From NCBI RefSeq assembly GCF_009914755.1, contig NC_060926.1: 64,000 bases of DNA. The stretch is one strand, 5' to 3'. The notes below the pieces were generated by a model, which was given only the letters and a program-made list of their open reading frames with translations, made no database searches and had not been told where the DNA came from. Of this stretch, positions 15,141-34,402 are shown one piece after another (positions within the stretch are counted from its first letter, which is position 1; each line of letters starts with the position of its first letter). Source of the DNA: the human T2T-CHM13v2.0 reference genome, Homo sapiens. The position numbers and the translations under genes are program-made.

Positions 15141-17014
15141 TAAAAGAATAGCTCTTATCTATCATATTCAAGCCCTTGTTTGTTAATTTACTTATGTGTT
15201 CTGAGGTTATTTCATTAAGCTCCTAACTCAGGTGTGATCTGTTTGGTTTCAGTCCCTCAGCAACATTTAGTATAAATGCCATTTCCCTTTAGCTAGATGC
15301 TAATTAAATTAACTAATTCTAAAAAAGGAGTATTCAAAGGAAATAAACAAAAACAAGAAATTCAGTTAGTATTCCACCCGCAACATCTTAAGAGCCAAAA
15401 AAATTAACATGTTAAATTAAACTTCTCTACCTAGTCTTAGGGTGACACAACTACTGGATTTTATTACACTGAATATAGCAATAGTTGATAGCTGTAGCAG
15501 TTGCTTATAGTAAATTTAGAGAATTAAATGCTGGAGTGTGAATGTAGATGAAGTGAGAGAGGGAGGAGGAGGAATGTGATACTAAAGAAAATGAGGTTTG
15601 AAAACTAAAATGTATAATATCTCAACTAATCTAGAAAAGAAAAGATGTAGGAATGTTAGCAAAAAGCTTCTGGATATGGGTACAGGTTTATGCCACTGGT
15701 GGAAGTTTGCCTATGATACTGCTATTATATAACAGTATCATAAATTCATATTCTTAAAGTATGGTTTAAGGTCCACTAGTAGGCCATAGGATGGGCTCAT
15801 AACTAATTTTTAAAAGATATTTAAATTTGTTTTCTTTCTATATAGAAATTCTGTACTTTGATTTTTACTGAATTACAAAACAGCTAAAATTTGGCATATC
15901 TTAAACCAAAGTTAGTACATGACTTGAGTTACTTGAAATTTTTGTCCTACCAAGAGGTTTGGCTATCATGTATAACTGCAAAGCTCCTACACATGCACAT
16001 GGCTAGACTCTGTGCAATTTAGGAGAAACGCTATTTTGTTGTTGTGTGTTGTTAGGCTACTCACTTTTCAGGGCAGTGATTCTTACCATTTTACAATCAT
16101 AAAAAAAAAAAAAAATCTGAAGGAAGTTATAAATACTCTCCCCAGAAAATTTTACATATATATAATTTTGGGATTCACAAATCTCAGTAAGAGTTCCTCT
16201 GCCTGGGTCTTGTCTTGCCAATTAGAATGCAAACCCCCAAATGACAAAAGAGCCATTTCTTACATTTTCTCTCCCTCTTCCTACTAGGAAGTATTAGGGA
16301 TTATTAATACCTGACACATTGTAGCTTCTTCGATAACCTCTGTTGTCCATTTGTATTAATCAAAAACGTTTTTAAAGAAATCTATGTATTTAGATAAAAG
16401 CAACTGGGAACAATCTTCTTTAAAGAAACAGGATTTTAGACAGAATGAAAAGAGCTAAGCTAGGATAATGTTCACATCAGTGGCTTTTAATTATCAATAC
16501 TTTTATGTGTGTAAGATGCTTTTAAAAGAACCTGCCCTCTCAAACAATTCAGTTAAATTACTTAGCAAATCTTTTATTCATAGATAAGGCAAAGATATAA
16601 TCCATCTCTTCCCATAGACTCATATCTGATGATAGCTAAATTATTAATATTTTTATTACACAAACATAAAAATATTTTATTATGCACACATAACAATGTA
16701 TTATTTTTATTATGCACACATAATATTTTAAACGTTAACAAATTTAAACCCCAAACATAAGACTTGACTCCTGATAATCTTCCACACTAAGTCTGAGTAA
16801 ATGAAAATTTTAATTTTAAAAGTGTTCTAAAATAGTTTAACAGAAATATGGGGTGACAGTATTTTAAAAAGTTAGTAGAAATAACAAAAACAGGGATATT
16901 CATTTTAAACAAATTTGGTATTCAATGTCTTAAAGACATTCTGTTTAAGCAGAGAATTAACATGAAGCCTCAAAGAACACAAACTATGGTAAATAGACTG
17001 TTAGAGGCACTTAA

Positions 17015-17190
17015 ACAAAAATTAGCCAGATGTGGTGGTGCACGCCTGTAGTCCCAGCTACTCAGGAGGCCGAGGCATGAGAATCACTTCAACCTGGGAG
17101 GCAGAGGTTGCAGTGAGCTGAGACTGCCACTGTACTCCAGCCTGGGCAACAGAGCAAGAAAAGAAAAGAACAACAACAACAACAACAAAA
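17015..17190 (+). mobile_element. Alu right monomer with (CAA)n tail
   Basis: aaaaattagccagatgtggtgg...cagcctgggcaacagagcaag. Confidence 0.85.
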
Positions 17191-17971
17191 GGCAACAACA
17201 ACCCAGGCAAACTAACATCATAGTTAATGGTGAAAATGGAAAGATTTTCTCCTAATACCAGGAAAAAGACAAGGACGTCTACTTTCATGATTGCTAATCA
17301 GTATTGCACTGGAAGTCCTACCAGAGCAGTCAGGTAAGGAAAAGAAATAAAATGCATCTAAATTGTAAGCTAAGAAATAAAACTATCTATATTTGCAGAT
17401 GACATGCCTCTATATTTAGAAAATCCCCAAAAAATGCACAAGAAAAAAAATCACTAGAACAATAAATAAATTTGGCAAAGCTGCAGGGTATGAGAGCAAT
17501 GCACAAAAATCAGTTACTTCTATACACCAGCAATGAACAACCTGAAAAGGATATTAAGGAAGCTATTACATTTACAATAGCATCCAAAAGAATATAATAC
17601 CTAGGAATAAATTTAACCCAGGAGGTGAAAGACTTGCCTACTAAAAACTACAAAATATTGCTAAGGAGTTCAAAAAGAGTTAATTAAATGAAAAGATATC
17701 CTATGTCCACAGATTGGAGACTTTCAAAAAGTATGGTACTGCCATAAGAATACACATATATACCTATGAAATAGATCTGAATTCAGAAATAAACCCAAAA
17801 ATCTACGGCCAGTTGATTTTTGACAAGAGTACCAAGACCACTCAATGAGGAAAGAATAATCTCTTCAACAAATGATGCTGGGACAACTAGGGAACCACAT
17901 GCAAAATAATGAAGTAGGACCCCTACCTCACTCTATGTACAAAAATTAACTAAAAATGAATGAATGACCTA

Positions 17972-18407
<436 letters not shown>

Positions 18408-18765
18408 TCAACAAAATACATTTCATAAAAATTAAAAACATTAAAAATTAAAACAACTGAATTCATGGAGATAGAGAGTAGGATGATGGTTACTAGAGGC
18501 TGGGAAGGACAGTGGGGAAGGGGGCAAAAGGTGGGGTTGGTTAATGGGTGCAAAAACATAGAATGAATAAGATCTAGTATTTGGTAACACAAGAGGATGA
18601 CAACAGTCAACAAAAATATATTGTACATTTAAAATAACCAAGAGTATAATTGGAATGTTTATAACAAAGAAATGATAAATGCTTGAGGTCATGGATACCC
18701 CATTTACCCTGATGTGATTATTACACATTGTATGCCTGTATCATAATATATCATGTACCCTGTAC

Positions 18766-18843
18766 ATTGGTTGGTGCAAAAGTAATTGCGGTTTTTGCCA
18801 CTGAAAGTAGGCAAACACCACAATTACTTTTGCACCAACCTAA
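18766..18843. mobile_element. MADE1 mariner-derived MITE
   Basis: About 80-bp near-palindrome ggttggtgcaaaagtaattgcggtttttgcc...caattacttttgcaccaacctaa. Confidence 0.92.
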
Positions 18844-19972
18844 TACTATGTACCCATAAAAATAAAAAACTTCTGTACATCAAAGGATATTATCAAAAAA
18901 GTAAAAGACAACTTACAGAATAGCAGAAAATATCTGCAAATCATATATGTTAAGGGTTTAGTATCCAGATTTTTAAAAAAAAAAAAAAAACCTCCCACAA
19001 CAACAAAACAACAAACAGTCTGGTGAAAAAATGAGCAAAAGACTTGAATAGACATTTCTCCAAACAAGATATATAAAGACCAGCAAACACATTAAAAGAT
19101 GTTCAACAACATTAAGTCATTAGGGAAATGCAAATCAAAATTACCGTGAGATATCACTTTACACCCACTAGGATGGTTATGATTTTTAAAATGGCAAAGT
19201 AAAAAGTATTGTCAAGGATGTAGAAAAATAGGGATAATTGTCATGCTGGTGGGAATGTAAAACGGTGCAGAATGGAAAATAAGCAGTTCTTGAACAAGTT
19301 AAGATACAGAATTACCATAATACTCAGTACTAGACAGATAAAGAAAACAAAACAAGCTCACACAGAATTGTAGACAGGTGTTTATAGCAGAACTATTTAT
19401 AATAACCAAAGGGTGGAAACAACCTAAATGTCCATCAATGAATGAATGAACAAATTGTGCATAATCACACAATGAAATATTGTTCAGCCATAAAAAGAAT
19501 GAAGTACTGATACATGCTACAACATGAATATATTTTGAAAACTTATACTAAGTAAAAGCCAGACACAAAAGGTCATATAAGGTATGAGTCATTTTATATA
19601 CAACATTCAGAAGAAGCAAATACACAGAGAAAGAAAACCGATTATTTGCTACTGGAGGTGAGAAGAGAAAGGGCTAGGGAGTGATTACTTAATGTGCACA
19701 GTGTTCCTCTGGGTTAAGGAAACAGTTTTGAAACTAGAGAGAAGTGATGGTACATAACACTGTGAATGGACTAAAAGCCACTGAACTGTACATCTTTAAA
19801 TGGTTATTCGTATGTTACATAAATTTAACCTCAATTAAAAAATGTTATCACTAGGAAAAAAAATAGGTGATTGTGGGAGGGATGAAACTAGTCTTCCTTT
19901 GAAGAGTCCAAACGTTCACAATGTAATAGAAATTGAAGTGCAATTACTTATACTTAGTATAAGTATAATGGC

Positions 19973-20631
<659 letters not shown>

Positions 20632-20654
20632 ATGACTTACATACCAAGTACTAC

Positions 20655-22080
20655 TGTGATATGCAAAATAATGGCCAAAGACTTCCATATCCTAATCCTT
20701 GAGACATGTCAATGTATTAGGTTATAAAGAAAAGGAAAATTAAGGGTAGCAGGTGAAATTAAGGTTGCTTATCAGCTGACAGTAAAACAGGGAGTTATTC
20801 TGCATTACCCATGTGTGCCCAGAGGGAAGGGGAGGCAGTGTCAGAATCAGAGTAATGTGACAGGTGAGACACTTGACTGGCCGCTGCTGGCTATGAAGAC
20901 GGAAGGGGATCATAAACCAAAAAATGTGGGCAGCTTCTAGAAGCTGGAAAAAGAAAGGAAATGGATTCTCTTCTAGAGTCTCTAGAAGTAACATAGCCCT
21001 GTTAACAATTTGATTTTAGCCCAAATGAAACCCATTTCAGGTCCGTGATCGCTAAAACGGTAAGGTAATATTTGTGTTGGTTAAAGCTAGGTTTGTGTGA
21101 TTTGTTACAGCAGCCATAAGAAATTACTGCAGATCTTCTTACCTGGAAGTAGAATGCGCCTTTAATAAATACCTAAAAACATGGAAGTGGCTTTGGAACT
21201 GGGCAGGGGACAGAGGCTAGAATTTTAAGAAGCATAATTTCTGAAGGCTGGACACAGTGGCTCACGCCTGCAATCCCAGCACTTTGGGAGGCCAAGGCGG
21301 GTGAACTGCTTGAGGTCAGGAGTTCGAGACCAGCCTGACCAGCATGGTGAAACCCTGTTTCTATTAAAAATACAAAAATTAGCCTGGCATGGTGGTGGGC
21401 ACCTGTAAACCCCAGCTATTTGGGAGGCTGAGGCAGGAGAATCACTTGAACCCAGAGCGAGACTCTGTCTCCCCCCCCAAAAAAAGCATAATTTCTAAAA
21501 AGTTTAAACAGATTGTTAGCAGGCTAAACTTCATCAAAAAGAAAGGATAACCTAGAGGACAGAAACCTGTGCCCAAAAGGCAGAAGCACAGAAGATCATC
21601 ATAAAAGATTATTCCCAGACCTTGAATCCAAATGGAGTTTGAATGGATTTTGAAATTCTGCAGGAATTTGCTTCCACTGCTTTTTGTTTTGAACAGAAAT
21701 GTCTCTAAACTGTCATCAGATACCTGGTTCCTCCATCGTACTGTGGGAGGAGGTAACTTGCTTCTCGAGTTTCAGTTTCACAGATGAAGAAAAACTGTGT
21801 CTCAGGGTGGATTATACCCCAAGTCTCACTCATATCTCATTTATTTGATGAGAATTGAACTTTGAGCTTATGGGATTTAGATGTGATGTCAGACTTTGTG
21901 CTGACACTGTAATGGGGATGTTGAGATAGGGTGAATGTACTCTGCATGTGGAAAGGATGTGAATCTTTGGGGGTCAGTAAACAGAATAATGGTTTTCCCA
22001 AAATGCCATATCCTAGTCTTTAAAAAAGGCTAGATTTAAATGGGATCAAGGTTGCTCATCAGCTGATTTTAAGATAATTA
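20655..22080 (+). mobile_element. MLT1 (MLT1D-like) LTR plus internal remnant and partial second LTR
   Basis: aaggttgct(t/c)atcagctga occurs at about 20761 and 22048; gtggctttggaactggg internal MaLR motif. Confidence 0.65.
21246..21485 (+). mobile_element. Alu with right-arm internal deletion
   Basis: gaacccag joins directly to agcgagactc. Confidence 0.88.
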
Positions 22081-22242
22081 CTTTTTATAATACAGCTATG
22101 AATACACAGAGCAAAGAAAAAAAATACATTCTATCTGCAGGAAACTAGTCAAAGTCACAGAAAAGGTAATATCTGAACTAAATTAAAAAGAAGCAACAGC
22201 AGGAGGCCAGGAAGAAGAAATAGGGTATTAAGAAGCATGATG

Positions 22243-22611
<369 letters not shown>

Positions 22612-22619
22612 TTAAGGAA

Positions 22620-24703
<2,084 letters not shown>

Positions 24704-25644
24704 TGATCTTGTTCATCTGTTTTTGAAACACTCTTAGTTATCTCATCTCCAAATACTGCTTATGCTGCATTCAGGATTGTTTCTCTAAAGACTATCAGCT
24801 ACCTTGTCAATAGTAATAATGTAAATCAGAAGACAATAAAAATCATCTCTTCAAGTAACTACCAACCCAAAATTCTAAAACCAGTAAAGATATCCAAAGA
24901 GGGCAAAATAATTTTCAGACAAACAAAAACTGGTCACTACCAACAGACCCCTTTGTAATTTTCCTTTACAAAGGAAAATTTGTAAAGGGTATTCTTGGCA
25001 GAAAAATCTTGTGAGAGGTGTAGAAATAAGTAAAGAGCAAAAAATAAATAAATATGTGGATAAAGTCCATATGAACACTCACTATGCAAGACAATAATGA
25101 TGTCCTATAGGTAGATGTGTGTATATATGTGTGTCTGTGTATAGAAGCATGCTCATACTGTAATAGAGAAAAAGAATAAAATAAACAAAAACTGGTCAAT
25201 GCAATAAAAGGTGAGAAAAAAAGAAAAAGGGGGAGACTAGGTAGGATAAACAGAAGCATAAAGATAAGCCTCAATAAGTAATTGCATGAATTGAAAAACA
25301 GATTAAATTCTCCAATGAAAGGAAGATTTTTCAGACAGGATTTTAGAAAAATCAGTTATACATTTGTCAAAACCCATAGAATGTACAACATCAACAGTGA
25401 ACTCTAATGTAACTTTGGATGACAACGATGTGTCTATGCAGGTAACATATGTGCCACTGTGGTGTGGGATGTTGACAGTAGAAGAGAATGTATCCGTGTG
25501 GGGACAGGGGTTAGGTATATAGGAACTCTGTACTTTCTGCTCAATTCTGCTGTACTACTGCCCTCCTCCTCCTCTAAAAAATAAGTTCATTAATTTTAAA
25601 AAGAGATAAGTAGTCTACTAATAATGTTATACAAAATATATTCC

Positions 25645-25969
<325 letters not shown>

Positions 25970-26496
25970 TAATTTAAAATTAAAGCTATAATGGAAAAGC
26001 AATGACCTGTCAAACTTCAATAATATATGAGGTAAAATATTACTTATTCTTAACTTTGCAGTCACCCTCTGTGAAACATGCAACATGTAAGTCTAACAGA
26101 TACAACCAAAGCTTAATTTGAAATATATTTTAAGTAAAAATCTTGGTTAAAATGTATTAGTAAAGGAAAATCAATGTAAGTGTCAACAGACTTTATCTAG
26201 AGATAGTATTAACTACCCAAACTATTTACTCTGAATAAAAAGTCCTTGTAACTAAAATTACAAGTTATTACCTAAAAAACTGACTCTTGCTAATAGTTAA
26301 AAATAAATTATGAACTAAAAACCATGCCAAGTACATGCATTACCTCCTACCATCTTTTCAACAGTATAATGTAGATACTTTCACAAGAAAATGGAGATTC
26401 AAAGAAGTAAAATAACTTACTAAAAATAATCTGGGAGAGTTAAATTTGGAATCCACATCTGTCTGACTACAGAACCTAAAGTCCTACCCACCACAT

Positions 26497-26832
26497 CTGG
26501 ATTCCCCACCCCTGGGCCACAGACCTGTACCGTCCATGGCCTGTTAGGCTGCACAACAGGTGGTGAGCAGCGGGCCAGCAGGCATTACCACCTGAACTCC
26601 ATCCACCTCCTGTCAGACCAGCAGTGGCATTAGATTCTCCTAGAGCACAAACCCTATTGTGAACTGCGCATGCAAGGGATCTAGGTTGTATGCTGCTTAT
26701 GAAAATACAATGCCTGATTATCTGAGGTGGAACAGTTTCATCCCAAAGCCATCCCCCAGCCCCCACCCCAGTCCATGAAAACACTGTCTTCCACAAAGCT
26801 GGTCCCTGGTGCCAAAAGGTTGGGGACTACTG
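26497..26832 (+). mobile_element. MER1B hAT-Charlie DNA transposon
   Basis: ccctattgtgaactgcgcatgcaagggatctaggttg core and ggtccctggtgccaaaaggttggggactactg end. Confidence 0.9.
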
Positions 26833-27324
26833 TACTACATAATAGTAACTTCATTTTCTATGTTAATTTCTTGATAGACAATTGATAACTAGATTCATAA
26901 CTTGTCCCCTAATTATACTAGATATTCTGCACACAAGCCAAAGCCATTTTCATTAAACAATGAATCAAAAGAAGTTTTAAAAGATAGTTTGCCAAGTAGA
27001 GATGTGACATTTTGTGTTAAAAAAGCATTATTCAAACTGCAGTATATATGAATCAAAGTGCTTCTGTGGCCTTTTGCCCTATTTAAACCTATAATTTGTT
27101 TAAGAATGCAATCAAATTGCCATGTAGTACCCATCACTTCATTTGCCACAGAGTTAGTTTTAGGTCAACATATGTAATAAAATGGGATAGAAACGAAAGA
27201 AGACTATGACTATTAGACTATAATTAAAGCTGTTAGCATCTTGGAAGACAACTAGTAAACAAAATACCTGTGACAAACCAGAAAGATGATCTATCAAAAA
27301 GAAAATGAAATTCGATCAAATGTG

Positions 27325-27626
27325 TTTTTTTTATTTTTTTCCCTTTGAGGCCGGGTCTCACTGTCACCCAGGCTGGAGTGCAGTGGAGTGATCATAGCTC
27401 ACTGTAATCAAACTCCTGGGCTCAAGAGATCCTCCTGCCTCAGCCTCCTGAGTAGATGGGACTACAGGGACATGCCACCACACTTGGCTAATTTTTTTTT
27501 TTATTTTTGTAAGGATAGGGTCTTGCTCTGTTGCCCAGGCTAGTTTCAAATTCTTGACCTCAGTGATCTTTCCACCTTGGCCTTCCAAAACAGTGGATTA
27601 CAGGCATGAGTCACTGCACCCAGCCT
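27325..27626 (-). mobile_element. Alu (AluJ-like)
   Basis: Reverse-complement dimer. Confidence 0.9.
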
Positions 27627-28744
27627 AAATGCTTGTGTATTGTAATTTAGTATTGACCACTTTCCATACACCAAACACTGTGCTAGGCATTGGGACTACA
27701 GAGATAAAACAGTGAAATAAATGCTACAATACATACAAGTATGCACAAAATATCATGGCACCTAGTGTGAGAGGCAATAGGAGAAACTGGTTAAAAAAAA
27801 AAAAAGGTTAGAGAGAACTTCCTTTTGAAGACAGCATTTAAGCCAAGTCTTAAAGGATAAACAGGAAATGAGACAAATGAAGAAAGGTAAGGAACAAGAT
27901 AAAGTCACAGAAGCAAGAAAGCACAGTCCATTTAGAGAATTGAAAAAGTTTAACTTAAGATATATGTAGGGCAAATGCTGGAGAATGAGGATAAAGTGAG
28001 AAATAAGGTTTACATAAAGGGTCTTCATGTGGGTGAATTTTATCTAGAAAGCCACTGACAGAGGTTAAACATGGTGAGACATGAAAAATAGTAATCTAGG
28101 TTAAAAAAAAAACCAAGGTCCTACACTAAGACAGTGACCGTGAAAATGAAGAATGGAGCAAACATGAAAATGTTATGGAAACAGACACAGAGAATGAGGG
28201 AAAGAGAAACATTAAGATGACAGGCAGATTCCTAGTGTCATCACCTGAGTGGACATTGATGCTGCGACTGAAGAGATAGAGGGTACTTACTATGGTGATA
28301 CCTCAAAGTAATAAATAACTCCCATCTTTCATATATTAAAGAAAAGCTTCCAGGAGGAAGCGATAACTACCGTGGGACTTAAAAGATTAACAGAAATTAA
28401 GACAATGGGTGAGAGTCTGAATGTTGGCAGTGAAGTAGAAGTACTGAGTGATGGCAACAATGAGGCTAGATAACGAAGAAGGAGCCAGATCAAAAGTGCT
28501 TTATAAGCCATATTAGGACTTTTGGGTTAGATCATTCAAGTACTGGAGAGCTTTGTTAGGGTTATAGGGAAGAGAATGAAAGGATCACATTTTTATTTCA
28601 GAAAAATGACTCTACAACATGAAAACAGACTGCAGGAAGAGACCAAAATTGAAGCGGGAAGAGGGAGAGATTATAAACATCACCCAAGTAAAAGACAGCA
28701 TTAACTTGAGTTAGAATGAATGGTGTTAGCGGGAACTTGCATAA

Positions 28745-28958
<214 letters not shown>

Positions 28959-29218
28959 CACACTTTCTTTTAATACAATCACCCACCAAGCCAGTCATTC
29001 ACCTGGCTTTTGGTTTTTTCTTAAACAAATTTACTAACTTACAAAAAGTACAGTTCTTTTAAAAAATTAATATAGTCAAAATGTTTTAATTGTAACTTAC
29101 AACAGCTCAAGAAAATTAAGAAAGGCTTTAAGAAGAAAGTACATTTTGAGATGGACTTTGAAAGATTAATACTATCACCATCTAATTACTAATGGATTAA
29201 GAAAAAATCAACAAAATC

Positions 29219-29367
29219 TGGCCGGGTGCAGTGGCTCATGCCTGTGATCCCAGCACTTTGGGAAACCAAGGCAAAGAGTACAGCTTGAGCCCAGGAGTTC
29301 AAGACAAGCCTGGACAACATGGGGAGACTCCATCTCTTCAAAACAATAAAAAATAAAAATAAATAAA
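29219..29367 (+). mobile_element. FLAM / Alu monomer
   Basis: ggccgggtgcagtggctca...A-rich tail; aaaatctg flanking repeat. Confidence 0.85.
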
Positions 29368-30306
29368 ATCTGTACTTAAAATGTTAAAGGTGACAACTAG
29401 AATTCTTACATGTGAGAGGATGGTAGTGCCACTCACTAAGAGAACACAGAAAAGGGGCAAAGTATGTGTGTGTAAAGACAGACTGAATCGGAAAGATAAC
29501 AGTAAATACAAGGTTTTATTTGTTTTTAGTAAATATAGTTTTGAACAGGCTGCATTAGAAGTTCCTGTGAGACATTTAAGTACTGATAGCAACTAAGCAG
29601 GATGTGATATTCAAGACTGAGACAGAAGTATCCGATACTCAAGAGAAAAGTGGGCTGGAGATGGTAATTTTGATGTCAGCAGGATGTATATGGTAACCGA
29701 AACCCTAAGAGTAGATACTACTCAAGGAGAATACGCAGAGTGAGAAATGTGATGGCCTAGGACATATCCCTAAAAGTCATCTACATTTTACAGATTGGTA
29801 AGTAAATGATGCCCATAGAAAGAGACTGAGAAGATGCAGCCGGATGAGTTAAAATGGAAACTTCAGTATCTTCAAAACTAAAATAGTCTTTTTGGAAAAA
29901 AATAAGTCAACAATATTCAGTGCTGCTACGTAAGTTAAAGACCCAAATGTTACAGCATTTAGCATCAGGAAGATAATCTTAAGAAAAATTTCAGTTAAGA
30001 AAGGGCAACTGGAAGACAAGGCAGAAGAGACTACGAGGACAGGCAACTCTTTGAAGAAGCCTAGTTATGAAGAGAACATACAGAATATAGAGACTAAAGG
30101 GATTTGTAATTGAGGGAGAGTTTTTTAATGGTTTTGCTTACATGTTTTTGGAAGGGAAGTAACAAGCAGAGCACAAAGGAGGTATCAACAGAAGAGGTTC
30201 CTGATACAGGTGTGGATGGGATTCAAAGCATGGATGACAGACAATCTTTCAATAGAGGAGAAAAGAATATATGACATACAAGACATTAGAGGGTACATGT
30301 ATTTTC

Positions 30307-30625
<319 letters not shown>

Positions 30626-31265
30626 TGAGTTTACGTAAGTTCTTCTAGAACAGAAAATTTATGTAAGTTTGGATACATCTGTATATTGAAATTTTAACAA
30701 TGGTGTTCTCTGTGAAATGGGATCATGGTCTTTATTATTATTCTTGTTCTATTTTCCAAATTTTCTTTTAAAAAATGTCTTTGTCCTTTAAATTATAAAG
30801 AATAATTCATTAACAAAGAAAATCCAGAAAACAAAGAAAAGCAGAAAGGGAAAAACAATACCTATAACCCACTAATGAACTGCTTTCACAGGCTGAGAAA
30901 ACATATAAATGGTAGTTACATTACTTCATTCTCTCAGACAAAGGAATGTGAATGGAAACGTTGAATTAGAATAATCCAAAACTTTTAATTGATTCCTAAC
31001 TGATTCAGACACAGAAGGGTGAATTCTGGTAACCTCTTAGCTACCTAGGTCTCTGTTTTAAAAGAGAATTGTTAAATCTCTGCTTAAAACGGTAGAATTC
31101 AGATATTTGGGGCTATTAATTTAGAGCTAAATTTTCAATACTGCCTTCCTTCCTGGTCTTAATCATTTTTGCTATCTAAGTATTATTTATAAATAACATC
31201 CATTAGTAACATTCACGCTCACTGGCAACAATTTTAAAAAAGAAAAATTTTAAATGGAGGCTTAC

Positions 31266-31454
31266 AGTTGTGGTAAATTTGGTCTAACAAAGGGATCATT
31301 CTCTGCTCCATTGACTGCTTTGTTTTTCCTTTGTTTTGGTTCAGAATTGGTAGAGGGTGCCTGAGAATTATTAGCTGTGGGAGGTTTGCGTTTGGCTAGA
31401 AGTTTCCTTTGCCTTTCAATATCTTCCCTTTGCTGATTCACCCATTCTTGTTGC
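31266..31454 (-). CDS. TLK1: TLK1 coding exon (approx. exon 11, 189 nt): (K)[25 protein letters not shown]...[11 protein letters not shown](L)
   Basis: AG at 31456-31455, donor GTAAGC at 31265; phase 2-2; open frame matching TLK1. Confidence 0.97.
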
Positions 31455-33031
31455 CTGTGTAAAAATAAACAAATAAAACCATATTAACCTTCCATTACTT
31501 TTCAAGGCTAAACTTGGAAAAAATGCATAAAAAACATGAAAAACCATAAAATATACATTCGTAACCTTTTGGTTCCACTCTTGTGAACCAATTTGTACTT
31601 ATCCTTCAGGTCTCATTTGAAAGAATTTTTTTAAGTGAGGTATTCTCTAAACCCCTAGATTAGGGAAAGATGTGTTGCCATATATAATTTCATGGGATCT
31701 TCTATCTCCCCACCTCACTCTTTCTAATAAATATTATTCCTATAGATACTTTATCAGAAAGTGTCCGGTTAGATGACATCACTCCCTAAGAACACAGATG
31801 GTGTCTATTTATACAGTATTTATACTGTTGTATCCCTAGTACCTAGTGTAGTGATCATCACTTACCTTTGCTCAGTAAATGTTTCTTGAATGAAATGAGA
31901 TAAAACAATACCCCAAACTATTAAAGTATGGGGTATATGTTACACATGCATCTCACCACAGTATTTGCAAACAAATTTACAAAAGGCAAATATGAATTTA
32001 ATATGAAGAGAGTTATTTTCTAAATCTACTTTTGTTAAAAAAAATTGGTAATGGGAAGTTGGTGTTTTGAAATGAGACAAATTAACCTTAATATAAGAAA
32101 TTTATGAGAAAAATTTTTTTGATAATTTAAGGGGAAAAAGACAAGAAAATAGCAAGAAAAATTAGCATGGCTCTGAAAAATGGGAAAGTAACAAAAATAA
32201 AATCAATGCTTCCCATTCAAGAAACTGAAACAATTTTGCAAATAGCTCCCTAATTCTAAAAACGAATAGATACCATGTCTATTATTAAAATGTAGATTAG
32301 ATATTTTAGCAGTTTGAGCAGAGCATAAAGTAGTTAACAGTGAAGCTTTTTAAAACCAACTTATCATACAACACCTTAAGCTTATTCTAACAGTAACCAT
32401 GTTCTCTTTCAGGTCACCTCACTATGCCAATAAAAAATTTTCAAATCCTACATGGTTACAATACTTAGAGCAAGTCAAATATTTCATGCCCTCCTCTCCC
32501 CAACCACTGACATCAACTAAAGGGCTCCTACTTTGCTAATGCAGAATTGACCTTACACACATCCCCTTCCCTATGGTTTTAGTGATAAAGTAGCAGAATA
32601 TGATAGGAGTGAAAAAAATCAAGAAGAATCTAGGTAGAAGATTGAAAGGGTAGAGAAAAATCTCAAGAATAGCAAAGTGAGAACAAGACTTTAATCCGGT
32701 TTTCATTTAGAAGCAGGAATAAATTTCAATTTTTAATAAGTAAATCTTAAGGCTATTTTAGGGCACAATCAAGATGGTATAAATGCAAATAAGCAATAAT
32801 AATCCTAATGATTAAAATATTAATGGAAAGTAAAGAATTACAGGAATAGATATTAATAGCTGATTACTCAGGGATGACTATACAGTTTAGAGATTAATAT
32901 TATTACTTTTATTTATTTCTCTTCTCATCTTCTAACCACTCTGGATTATATCACCAATTATAAACGGCTTGATATACACACAGTAGGTCCTCAATAAATG
33001 CTTATTAGTGAAAGTCAGGACATACAAGTAA

Positions 33032-33356
<325 letters not shown>

Positions 33357-34114
33357 TAAGAGGAGAAATTGGAACTACTAGTAGAATTTATATTTCAGAA
33401 CATTCATATTAATTATATAACTGTCTCTTTTATTCATTGCAGGACAATTGCCGGTCTGGGTTTAGTAGCAGAGCCTCTTGCTCATAAACACTAAAAAATT
33501 ATCTTCTCCTGCTTTCCACTTTACTGTTGATATGTTAGTTCATGCTTTAATCACCTTTCATCTGGATACCCCTCCATCTTAACTACCAATAACATTCATC
33601 CTCTAATAATATTTTCACATTACCATCAGTTATTATTCTACAACTATCACTGTAGATATCATTCTGATCACGTACACTATATGTAAACCTTTAACAAGTC
33701 CCATTATCTGCAGAATTGAAACCCAAACTCTCTAATATCACAAGGACATTATCCTTTGTTTCACTGTGGTATAACTAGCACAGATATGTTGAAGAAAAGT
33801 TGAATAAATCTGCTGAGAGAGAAGGCCATTCTGTGGCAAGTCCTAGGAGGCAGTGTTTGAACAGCAATGTTGGTGTGATACCATGTGAAAGAAAGTTCTG
33901 CCTCTATTTCAAATAACTGGATACTCTGGAAAAGCTGATGTTCATGCTGGCATTACTCCCCATTTTCAGGTTTAAAAAAATTTTCCACCAAAAACGGAGT
34001 AGCATATTTAGCACTCCTTAACACATAAACAGCCAATAAATCCTTTTCTACCACCATCTGAACTCAAGAAAATATGGTAACTATAATTCCTCTGTTTAAA
34101 AGTTTGATCTGAAA

Positions 34115-34402
34115 AGTAACAGAAAACCAAACACCGCATGTTCTCATGTATAAGTGGGAGCTAAACATTGGAGACACATGGACATAAAGATGAGAATGAT
34201 AGAAACTGGGGGCTACAAAGATGAAGGAGGCAGAGACAGGGGCAAGGATTGAAAAACTACTGGGTACTATGCTCACTACCTGAGTGGTGGGTTCAATTGT
34301 ACCCCGAACCTCAGTATCATGCAATATACCCCTGTAACAACCTGCATATATATTCCCTGAAACTAAAATAAAAGTTGAAATTAAAATAAATAAATAATAA
34401 AT
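34115..34402 (+). mobile_element. L1P 3' end fragment
   Basis: aaccaaacaccgcatgttctca...aagtgggagctaaac, A-rich tail. Confidence 0.85.
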
